Virus record (IMG/VR): IMGVR_UViG_2802428829_000001
Span: 33,105-97,104 of that record
From: a virus
Lineage: Duplodnaviria; Caudoviricetes
Length of the DNA: 64,000 bases
Strand: one strand, 5' to 3'
Shown here one piece after another: positions 19,109-27,074 of the stretch; position 1 is the first letter of the stretch, and each line of letters starts with the position of its first letter. The notes under the pieces were generated by a model, which searched no databases, was not told where the DNA came from, and saw nothing but the letters and a program-made list of their open reading frames with translations. The translations under genes and the position numbers were made by a program.

Positions 19109-19145
19109 CCGGGCGGGCGCGGGCCGGGAATCCCCGCCCGCCCGG
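19109..19145 (+). repeat. 37-bp hairpin repeat, copy 1
   Basis: CCGGGCGGGCGCGGGCCGGGAATCCCCGCCCGCCCGG is identical to 20288-20324. Confidence 0.85.
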
Positions 19146-19180
19146 CAGCAGCGACAAACCTCACCCCAAGGAGAGCAGCC

Positions 19181-20221
19181 ATGGCTGTGATCGACACCTA
19201 CGTCTGCAGGGACGACGAGCACGTCTACCCGGCCCTCGTGGACCCAGCGAGGCGATGGCTCGGCTGGGTCAGCCCCGGCTTCACCATCGACGCCGTACGC
19301 CAACTCGCCGCCCACACGGAAGAGGCGGCCAACGAGTACGGCCGCAACAACGTCGACCAGATCAAGGTCATCGAGGGCGGCCCCGTCCCCGTCGTGCTGC
19401 ACATCCGGTGGCAGATCCTCGACCACGAGCCGGCGGCCAACGCCGTGGACGTCGTACCGCCTGATGACGACGGCCGGTACTGGATCGGCGGAGGGGAGTG
19501 GAGCTGGTACATCGTCGAGGAAAGCCATCTGTTCTACAGCCGACAGCGGGCGTTCAACGCCTGGCGCGGGATGCTCAACGCCACCGCCCGCCGCATCGGC
19601 GAGGTCCTGCGTACCCAGATGCCGGACGTGCTCGCAGCCATCATCGACCGTCGCGGATGTATCCACGGGGTCACCGACGCTGACGCTATCCACTGGGTGT
19701 ACGGCGGATACGGCCCGTTCGACACCGAGACGGTAGGCGAAGCCGAAGAACTGATCCGCCGGGCCCTCGGCTTCGGCCGCAACCCGATCGACCTGGAGAT
19801 GGGCGGCTGGCGCCGCGCCCTGGACATCGCCCCGGACCTGCACCGGCTGGTGTTCGCACCGCAGGACGACGAACCGGCCGGCGGCGGCCCGCTGGAAGAG
19901 GCCCACGACCGATTCACCGAAGCCCGGCGGCAGTTCCTCAACCACTCTGCGCCGGGCCTGGCCGCTGTGTGCCGCGAGGCAGTCCCCGACGCGACCGGCG
20001 TGGTCGCCTCACGCACCGACCCCCGCCGGCTGCTCTGGTTCGTGACCGCTGACGAGGGGCCCACCGTCCTCATCCCCGGCCCCGAAACGCAGCGCGTCAC
20101 GGAGAAGCTGACGGACGCCTTCGCGTTCGAGCCGACCCTCGAAGACCTGGCCGCGTGCGGCTGGCGGCCGGCACTCGGCCCGGTCGATGAGGCCCACCGT
20201 CTGACGTTCCCCTCCGCGTAA
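19181..20221 (+). CDS. hypothetical protein
   Basis: AAGGAG RBS; YPALVDP..GWVSPGF..YWIGGGEWSW. Confidence 0.75.
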   Translation: MAVIDTYVCRDDEHVYPALVDPARRWLGWVSPGFTIDAVRQLAAHTEEAANEYGRNNVDQIKVIEGGPVPVVLHIRWQILDHEPAANAVDVVPPDDDGRYWIGGGEWSWYIVEESHLFYSRQRAFNAWRGMLNATARRIGEVLRTQMPDVLAAIIDRRGCIHGVTDADAIHWVYGGYGPFDTETVGEAEELIRRALGFGRNPIDLEMGGWRRALDIAPDLHRLVFAPQDDEPAGGGPLEEAHDRFTEARRQFLNHSAPGLAAVCREAVPDATGVVASRTDPRRLLWFVTADEGPTVLIPGPETQRVTEKLTDAFAFEPTLEDLAACGWRPALGPVDEAHRLTFPSA

Positions 20222-20287
20222 CCCCCTTCTGCCCCTCACCGGGGCGGCCGCCGTGCCGCCCCGGCCTTACCCCTGCCTTGCCACATC

Positions 20288-20324
20288 CCGGGCGGGCGCG
20301 GGCCGGGAATCCCCGCCCGCCCGG
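20288..20324 (+). repeat. 37-bp hairpin repeat, copy 2
   Basis: Identical to 19109-19145. Confidence 0.85.
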
Positions 20325-20366
20325 ACGCCAGCAGCGATCAAACCCAACCAGGAAGGCCACACAGAA

Positions 20367-22085
20367 ATGGCGTACCGGCACGACGGCACCGACCTCACCG
20401 TCCAGGACTGGTTCTGCGGCGCCGGCGGCTCCAGCCAGGCCGCCGACAAGGTGCCCCGGCTCCGGGTGGCCTTCGCGGCGAACCACTGGAAACAGGCGAT
20501 CAAAAGCCACATGTTCAACTTCCCCGGCATCGCGCACTACACCGGGGACATCCGCCGCGCCCCGGTGTGGTCCTGGCCGGTCGCCGACCTGCACTGGGGA
20601 TCTCCGGAGTGCACGAACTGGTCCATGGCGAAGGGCCAGAAGCGCAGCTTCGCGAAGGCCGTGCAGGGCGACCTGCTGGAGCTGTACGCGGACGAGGAAG
20701 CGGACAAGTTCCGCACGGCCGGCGACGGCGACCCGGACGGCCCGACGAAGGAAGAGAAGGAATCGCGGGCGCTGATGGAGGAGGTGCCGCTCTACCTCCG
20801 CGGGGTGCAAGAACGCGGCGGGCTCGTGAAGGCGGGCGTCGTCGAGAACGTGATCGACGTCCGTGACTGGGCGGAATGGGACCGGTGGCGCGCCGAGTTC
20901 CACAAGCTCGGCTACCACACCAGGCTGATCGCGCTGAACTCGATGCACGCCGACCCGCGCAGCGTGGACCGCGCCCCGCAGAGCCGAGACCGGCTGTACC
21001 TCGCGTACTGGCACCGCAGCCTCGGACGGACCCCGAACTGGGACAAGTGGCTCAGGCCGCGGGCACGCTGCATGGCGTGCGACGAAGTCGTGGCCGCCGA
21101 GCAGGTGTTCCGGAAGCCGGGCCAGGACATGGGCCGCTACCGGCAGGCGTACGACTACCGGTGCCCGCGGAAACACTGCCGGGCCATCGTGGAACCGAAG
21201 ACGCTGCCCGCGGCCGCGGCGATCGACTGGACCATCAAGGGCACGCCGATCGGCAGCCGCCCCAAGAGCAAGGACTGCCCCGAGGGCCTGGCTCCGGCGA
21301 CGATGGCCCGCATCCGGGCCGGCGTCGCCAAGTTCTGGCCGCAGCCCGGCGGCGTCGACGAATACGACGGGCAGGGCGCGCTGTTCGACGACCACGGCGA
21401 AGCGGCGCCCGCCGGGGGAGCCCCGCCGCTCCTCGTGCCGACCGGCGGCACCTGGCGCACCGGCGTGAGCCGCGTGGACGTTCCGATGCCCACGCGGACC
21501 ACGACCGAAGGCGACGCGCTGACGGTCCCGCCGCTGCTGATCCCGTGCGAGGGAAGGGACGGCAAGCGGGCCATGCGGCTGGATGAGCCGCTGCGCACCC
21601 AGACGACGCGATCGGAAACCGCCATCGCTTACGCCCCGTTCGTGGTGCCCATGCGCGGGGGCGGCGACAAGGAGAAGGCCCGGGACATCCGGCAGCCGCT
21701 CCACACCGTGACCGCCGGCGGCAACCACCACGGCCTCGTGACCCCGCCGCTGCTGGTGCCGTACTACGGCAACGGACAGGCCCGCACCACGAACGAGCCG
21801 ATCGGAGCCCTGCCCACCCGCGACCGTTACGCGCTGCTGGAGAACGGCGAGTACGACGTCTCCAAGATCCTCTTCAGGATGCTGCAGCCGAGTGAGATCG
21901 GCCGGGCCATGGCTTTCGCGGCCAACTACCGCGTCCTCGGCACCAAGCGAGAGCAGGTCAAGCAGTACGGGAACGCGGTGACCCCTCCGGCGGCCGAGGT
22001 GCTGCTGTGCGCGCTCGTCGAGTGCATCACCGGCGAGGACATCGACCGGTACGCCGACCCGAACCGCCTCACGCTGGCTGTCTGA
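20367..22085 (+). CDS. DNA (cytosine-5)-methyltransferase
   Basis: DWFCGAGG (I), GSPECTNWS (IV), ENV (VI), QSRDR (VIII), R.LQP.E, QYGNAV (X). Confidence 0.9.
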   Translation: MAYRHDGTDLTVQDWFCGAGGSSQAADKVPRLRVAFAANHWKQAIKSHMFNFPGIAHYTGDIRRAPVWSWPVADLHWGSPECTNWSMAKGQKRSFAKAVQGDLLELYADEEADKFRTAGDGDPDGPTKEEKESRALMEEVPLYLRGVQERGGLVKAGVVENVIDVRDWAEWDRWRAEFHKLGYHTRLIALNSMHADPRSVDRAPQSRDRLYLAYWHRSLGRTPNWDKWLRPRARCMACDEVVAAEQVFRKPGQDMGRYRQAYDYRCPRKHCRAIVEPKTLPAAAAIDWTIKGTPIGSRPKSKDCPEGLAPATMARIRAGVAKFWPQPGGVDEYDGQGALFDDHGEAAPAGGAPPLLVPTGGTWRTGVSRVDVPMPTRTTTEGDALTVPPLLIPCEGRDGKRAMRLDEPLRTQTTRSETAIAYAPFVVPMRGGGDKEKARDIRQPLHTVTAGGNHHGLVTPPLLVPYYGNGQARTTNEPIGALPTRDRYALLENGEYDVSKILFRMLQPSEIGRAMAFAANYRVLGTKREQVKQYGNAVTPPAAEVLLCALVECITGEDIDRYADPNRLTLAV

Positions 22086-22110
22086 GCTGCGGTTTCCTGG
22101 ACGTCTTTTT

Positions 22111-22147
22111 GCAAAACCAGCTTTCCAAAACTGGCTAGGGCAAGACG
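22111..22147 (+). promoter_or_regulatory. degenerate class-A operator/promoter
   Basis: GCAAAACCAGCTTT-CCAAAACTGGCTAGGG in an AT-rich intergenic region. Confidence 0.45.
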
Positions 22148-22196
22148 ATCTGGAAAGAATGAAAGTAGCCCTAAACGGCTTAAATTGGAGGAAACA

Positions 22197-22874
22197 GTGA
22201 CCTATGATCTCACCGCCCAACGGTGGACGACCCGGAGCACCCAGACACAGCAGATCTGTCGCACCCCCGCCGCCGCGGGAGGCGTCCTGTACAGCGTCGA
22301 AGCCGAGGTTCAGCCGGGGCCGCCCGCCTTCGTCATCGAGGGCGCTGGCCGCTTGCACAACGAGACCAGGGACAGGGTGCGCGCGGGCATCGTGAACGCG
22401 GGCTTGCCCTGGCCGCAGGCCCGAACCACCGTCCGGCTCACCCCGGTCGGCAAGCCCGCCCAGTCCGGAACGGATGCTCTGGACTTCCCCATCGCGGTCG
22501 CTCTTCTCGCGGCGGCCGGCCCTCTTCCCGCGGAGTGCCTGGCCGGAACCGCCCCGATCGGTGGACTCGGACTCGACGGATCACTGCGACCGGCGAAGGG
22601 AATCGTCGCAAACGCCGCGGTGCTCGCCGAGAACGGGCACCGGATCCTGATGGTGCCCGGCTCCCTGCGGCTGCGCGACGTGGAGCTGCCGCCGGGAGTC
22701 TTGGCCGTGCACGTCCACGGGATGAACGAGGCGTTGTCTACCCTCTCCGAACACGTCCACCACCCGATGGATTGCCTGCACTGCGTGCGTAGCAACCGTC
22801 CACACGGGCCGTGCACTTACAGCCAGCCCTGCAGTTCGTGCCGCGACGAAGGCATGGAGCCGGCCGGCGTCTGA
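22197..22874 (+). CDS. ComM/YifB (Mg-chelatase-like) N-terminal domain only, with C-terminal Zn finger
   Basis: VEAEVQPGPPAFVIEG..ETRDRVRAGIVNAGLPWP..LDFPIAVALL..GLGLDGSLRP; no Walker A. Confidence 0.75.
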   Translation: MTYDLTAQRWTTRSTQTQQICRTPAAAGGVLYSVEAEVQPGPPAFVIEGAGRLHNETRDRVRAGIVNAGLPWPQARTTVRLTPVGKPAQSGTDALDFPIAVALLAAAGPLPAECLAGTAPIGGLGLDGSLRPAKGIVANAAVLAENGHRILMVPGSLRLRDVELPPGVLAVHVHGMNEALSTLSEHVHHPMDCLHCVRSNRPHGPCTYSQPCSSCRDEGMEPAGV

Positions 22875-23042
22875 GTACCGCCAGCTCCCGGCGCCCGGCA
22901 CCCATGCAGCCTTCCGCGCCTGAAGCGGCCGACGGGCGCAAAAAAAGGGAATCCCGTCGGCCGCGCGCCCAGCAGCGATGGGCCTCACGACCCGACCAGG
23001 CGTGGCGCCCACCGTACCCGCACCCACATCACAGAGGTACGC

Positions 23043-23339
23043 GTGAACAGCAACGAACCCTCCTCCAGCGGGAGCAAAGAGAACCGCGAGTTCATCCTCG
23101 TTGGCCAGGACCAGGGCGGCCACTACGAGCTGTGGGACATCTCGCCTGCACCGATCGATCCGGCCGTCCGCGCGTTGAAACTCGACCAGATCGGCGACGA
23201 CGCCACGGACACCCTCGGCGACATGACCACTGTGTGGGCCGCCGACGAGGCCGAAGCGATCGAGAAGTTCCGCACCGAGCAAGCCGAGATCAACGACCGG
23301 CCCGATTACCCCGTCATCTGGCACGGGCAGAAGGTGTGA
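23043..23339 (+). CDS. acidic hypothetical protein
   Basis: GAGGT RBS, 98 aa. Confidence 0.65.
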   Translation: MNSNEPSSSGSKENREFILVGQDQGGHYELWDISPAPIDPAVRALKLDQIGDDATDTLGDMTTVWAADEAEAIEKFRTEQAEINDRPDYPVIWHGQKV

Positions 23340-23642
23340 CCACCGTGCGCACCTCCACGGCCGCCGAAGTCGTCGCCGCCCGGCACCAGAACCGCGACGA
23401 CACGGCCGAACCCCCTGCCGAGAACGCCGACGACCGGCGGCCGCGCACCAGCCGTCACGCCTGACCAGCGCTCCCGGGGCCGCAGCCACACCGCTGCGGC
23501 CCCACACGGCCCTCACAGCCCCACAGCGGCCAAGGCTCACCCTCCTCCATGCGGCGGTCGCAAGGCCGACACAGGCCCCGCCAGCCCCGCCCCGACTACC
23601 GAACTGACACCCCTCCACCTCACCGAGAAAGGGCCCTGCCCC

Positions 23643-24593
23643 ATGGTCAGCCCCGGCCAGATCGCACTGAGCCTGCCCGGCCTTGACGATGCCGGCCCCG
23701 ACCTCGCCTCGTACCGGTGGCTGCTGGCGAACATCAGCGGCGGCAAGGACTCGATGGCGATGCTCCACGAACTCGTCCGCCAGGCCGACGCCGCCGGCGT
23801 CCCCCGCGACCGCATCGTCTGCGTGCACGCCGACCTCGGCCGCGCCGAGTGGGAAGGCACCCGCGAACTGGCCGAAGAACACGCCGCCGCGTACGGCCTG
23901 CGGTTCGAGGTCGTGGCACGCATCGGCCTCGACCTGATCGACCGCATCGCCGAGCGCGGCATGTTCCCTGACGCATCGAACCGCTGGTGCACGAGCGACT
24001 TCAAGCGAGGCCCCGTACGGCGCCTGATGACCGCCCTCGTCCGCGAAGCCGAAGCCGCCGGACACCTGGGCCGGGTCCGCATCCTCAACGTGATGGGCCT
24101 GCGCGCCGACGAGTCACCGGCCCGCCGCCGACTGCGCGCCTTCTCCCACGACGGCGCCCTTACCTGCCCCTGCCCAGACTGCCTTTCCCGCCGTGCCGCG
24201 CTGGAGAGCGCCGAACGACGCGGCGTGCCCTGCCCGAAGCACAAGAAGCCCGGCCACGGCGCGTCGAACACACTGCGGCACGTCGACACCTGGCACCCCG
24301 TGCACTCGTGGTCGACCAGCGACGTGTGGGCGGCCGTCGAGCGGTCCGGCCTGCGCCCGCACCCCGCCTACGCCAACGGCATGCCCCGCCTGTCGTGTTC
24401 GTTCTGCGTTCTGGCCTCGCGGCCGGCGCTCGTGCGCGCCGCGCAGCTCCGGCCCGAACTGGCCGCCGAGTACGCCGCCATCGAGGAGCGAATCGGCCAC
24501 CGCTTCAGGAACGACGTGTCGATGGCGGAGATCATCTCCGAGGCTTCAGAGGCATCGTCCGAGGTCACAGCAATTCCCTGCTGGACGGGGTGA
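23643..24593 (+). CDS. PAPS reductase/DndC-like PP-loop Fe-S protein
   Basis: ISGGKDS, RWCTSDFK, GLRADESPARR, RLSCSFC. Confidence 0.85.
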   Translation: MVSPGQIALSLPGLDDAGPDLASYRWLLANISGGKDSMAMLHELVRQADAAGVPRDRIVCVHADLGRAEWEGTRELAEEHAAAYGLRFEVVARIGLDLIDRIAERGMFPDASNRWCTSDFKRGPVRRLMTALVREAEAAGHLGRVRILNVMGLRADESPARRRLRAFSHDGALTCPCPDCLSRRAALESAERRGVPCPKHKKPGHGASNTLRHVDTWHPVHSWSTSDVWAAVERSGLRPHPAYANGMPRLSCSFCVLASRPALVRAAQLRPELAAEYAAIEERIGHRFRNDVSMAEIISEASEASSEVTAIPCWTG

Positions 24594-24658
24594 TCACCAA
24601 TCGTGTGTATCATCCAACACGCGATCGGCCGTCCTGTGCAGCGGCGCGGCCGACGCAG

Positions 24659-24728
24659 GCGCCGGTGGTCGTAAGCAGCACGATCGCCTTCCGGGCGATA
24701 GGTCCAGGTGCAAGCCCTGGCCGGCGCT
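24659..24728 (+). tRNA. non-canonical tRNA-Gly(UCC)
   Basis: Acceptor GCGCCGG/CCGGCGC plus U73; anticodon stem ATCGC/GCGAT with loop CT-TCC-GG; 4-nt variable loop; T stem CCAGG/CCTGG with loop TGCAAGC; weak D arm with no GG; CCA not encoded directly after U73. Confidence 0.8.
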
Positions 24729-24753
24729 CTCCCACAGCCTTCCAGGGGGCGCC

Positions 24754-26118
24754 ATGTTCCACGGATCGATCCCCGCCCCCCTCCGCTCGATCATCTACGA
24801 GCACGCCGGCGCCTGGCCCGAGACCGACATCTACGTCGGCTGCTCGGGCAACTTCACCATCGAGCGCGTGCTGCACTCCCGGTTCGGCAACACGCGGCCG
24901 GTGCACGGCAACGACATCACGGCGTACTCGTGCGCGCTTGGCTGGTTCCTCGCCGGGGAGGACCTGCCGTACGAGCTGCGCGAGGAGTACGAAGACGAGC
25001 TGGGGTGGGTCGCCCCGTACCTGGAGGACCGCACCGACCGGCTCGCGACCCTGATGCTCGGCACCCGCTTCCTCCAGTACGTCGGCAAGGAAGGCACCTA
25101 CTACCGGCGGATGCTCGACGCCACCCGCGACCAGTGGCCGCGGATGCACGAGAAGACCGCGGCGAAGCTCCACGCGCTGGAGACCCGCCTCGGCAGCTTC
25201 TACGCCGGCGACGTCCTGGACTACCTCCGCGACGAGGTGCCCCCGGAGGCCCCCGTCGTGATGTTCCCGCCCTTCTACGCCAAGGACTACCAGGCCCAGT
25301 TCGCGCCGATCGACGCCGCGTTCTCCTGGCCCGAGCCGCAGTTCGGCGAGCTGACCGAGGACGGCAAGGAAGAGATCATCCACCAGGTGCAGGACCGGCC
25401 GCACTGGGTGCTCGGCCTGCACATCGAACGCCCGGAGCTGCGCCACCGGCTCGCCGGCGTCGTGCAGACCGCGAACCGCGGCCTGCCGATCTACGTGTAC
25501 GCCGCCGCCGGGCCCCGCCGCATCGTCCGCCCCCGGCAACCCATCGAGCCGATCCCCATGCAGAAGATCGGCGTGGGCGAGGACCTCGGCGACAAGATGA
25601 CCCTCCACGTCCTGACAGGCGGCCAGTTCGCTGGCGTCCGTTCCCAGTTCATGTCCAAGAGCATCAAGCCCGGCAGTCCGTTGCTCGCCTGCGGCGTCGC
25701 CGTCGACGGGAAGCTGATCGGCTCGTTCGCGTACCTCCCGCCGAAGTTCGATCCGGCGACCGCCTACCTCATGAGCGACTTCCCGGTGTCGTGGACGAAG
25801 TACCGGCGCCTGGCCAAGCTCATCGTCATGGCCGCCTCGACCACCGAAGCGCAGCTACTGCTCCAGCGCTCCCTCTCGAAGCGGCTCACCGGCTGGGCCA
25901 CCACCGCGTTCACCGACCGGCCCAACAGCGCGAAGTACGGCCGCGGCATCCCCGGCGTGAAGCTTCAGAAGCGCACCGAGGCGAGCAGCAAGGACCCGGG
26001 CGACGGCATCCACCGCTACCAGCTCCAGTACGGCGGCCCCCTCGGCGGCTACACCCTCGCGGGCGCCCTGGACCTGTGGAAGCGGAAGCACGGCAGCGAC
26101 ATGAAGAAGGACAGCTGA
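24754..26118 (+). CDS. degenerate adenine-MTase fold fused to a GNAT (Mom-like) domain; putative DNA hypermodification enzyme
   Basis: N-terminal YVGCSGNF/GND/GDV/MFPPFY; C-terminal GVAVDGKLIG..YLMSDF..YRRLAKL..TTAFT..NSAKY GNAT-like pattern. Confidence 0.65.
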   Translation: MFHGSIPAPLRSIIYEHAGAWPETDIYVGCSGNFTIERVLHSRFGNTRPVHGNDITAYSCALGWFLAGEDLPYELREEYEDELGWVAPYLEDRTDRLATLMLGTRFLQYVGKEGTYYRRMLDATRDQWPRMHEKTAAKLHALETRLGSFYAGDVLDYLRDEVPPEAPVVMFPPFYAKDYQAQFAPIDAAFSWPEPQFGELTEDGKEEIIHQVQDRPHWVLGLHIERPELRHRLAGVVQTANRGLPIYVYAAAGPRRIVRPRQPIEPIPMQKIGVGEDLGDKMTLHVLTGGQFAGVRSQFMSKSIKPGSPLLACGVAVDGKLIGSFAYLPPKFDPATAYLMSDFPVSWTKYRRLAKLIVMAASTTEAQLLLQRSLSKRLTGWATTAFTDRPNSAKYGRGIPGVKLQKRTEASSKDPGDGIHRYQLQYGGPLGGYTLAGALDLWKRKHGSDMKKDS

Positions 26119-27074
26119 TGAGCGACACCGCCCTGCCCCCGCCCGCACAGACGATCCGGCCCCGCCTCGTCCGCCGAGACCCCCGCGCCCTGACCCCCCT
26201 CGACATGAACGCCCGTTACATGCGCAAGGAGGAGTGGGACAGGCTCGTCGACAACGTGAAGGCGGACGGCTGCCTCACCTCCGTACCGCTCATCTACGGC
26301 GCCGGGGAGTACGAAGAGGGCCGCGAGCTGATCCTCTCGGGGAACCACCGCACCGCCGCGGCCGTGGAGGTCGGACTCGCCGAGATCGACTGCATGCTGA
26401 TCGACGACCCGCAGCAGAAAGACGAACTCCTCGCCCGGCAGCTCTCGCACAACTCGATCGCCGGCCAGGACGACCCCGCCACCCTGCGGGCCCTGTACGA
26501 CCAGATCGAGGACGTCGACTGGCGCGCCTACTCGGGCCTCGACGACGACCAGCTCAACCTGCTCGCCGAGGTCTCGCCCGAGGGCCTGTCGGAGGCGAAT
26601 CTCGACTTCGCCACCGTGAGCCTGATCTTCCTGCCCAACGAGCTGGAAGCCGCACGGCAGGCATTTGCCGACGCCCGGATGGGTCAGAACGAGAGCTGGC
26701 TCGCCGCACGCGCCGACTACGACCAGACCTTGGACACCCTCGCCTCCACCCACGCCGCGCACAAGGTCGGCAACGTCGCCACCGCGCTGCACGCCATCCT
26801 CAGCATCGTTGAGAGCCACCTGACCGACCTCCAGGCCGGCTACCAGTCCCCGGACGGCGAGCCCCTGCACACCGGGCACGTCGGGCTGGAGACCGTCCTC
26901 GGCGCCCGCACCCTGCCCGCCCCCGCGGCCGTCACCCTCAACAAGGCCATAGCCGCGGCCGAAGGCAGAGGCGAGATCGAGCCCGGGCAGGGCTGGCGCC
27001 TCCTGGAACGCCTCGCCGGCGAATACCTCTCCGGCCCCAACCACACCCCCGTAGAACCCACGCCCACGTCATGA
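26118..27074 (+). CDS. ParB N-terminal (ParB/Srx) domain protein
   Basis: NARYM..LVDNVKADG..ILSGNHR..LSHNSIAGQDD; coupled to the upstream gene. Confidence 0.8.
   Translation: MSDTALPPPAQTIRPRLVRRDPRALTPLDMNARYMRKEEWDRLVDNVKADGCLTSVPLIYGAGEYEEGRELILSGNHRTAAAVEVGLAEIDCMLIDDPQQKDELLARQLSHNSIAGQDDPATLRALYDQIEDVDWRAYSGLDDDQLNLLAEVSPEGLSEANLDFATVSLIFLPNELEAARQAFADARMGQNESWLAARADYDQTLDTLASTHAAHKVGNVATALHAILSIVESHLTDLQAGYQSPDGEPLHTGHVGLETVLGARTLPAPAAVTLNKAIAAAEGRGEIEPGQGWRLLERLAGEYLSGPNHTPVEPTPTS

Noticed and set aside
20097-22358. Long antisense ORFs (e.g. 753 aa here; also 33377-35887, 36625-38745, 43555-45810, 57536-59668)
   Set aside because: Shadow frames of GC3-rich sense genes, with no motifs or RBS.
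22197-22874. Functional magnesium chelatase
   Set aside because: No AAA+ domain; the resemblance is to the ComM/YifB N-terminus only.
23643-24593. Sulfate-assimilation cysH or a complete Dnd system
   Set aside because: No cysD/N/C or dndB/D/E neighbours; the context is phage DNA modification.
24659-24728. tRNA as an integration (att) remnant
   Set aside because: It is full length with intact paired stems, lies mid-element with no adjacent integrase, and no duplicate 3' fragment was seen in the window.
24193-24753. N-terminal extension of the 641-aa ORF (and of the 24708, 30868 and 33149 ORFs)
   Set aside because: These overlap upstream genes or the tRNA and are low-complexity Arg/Pro-rich; the real starts are 24754, 26118, 31819 and 33287.
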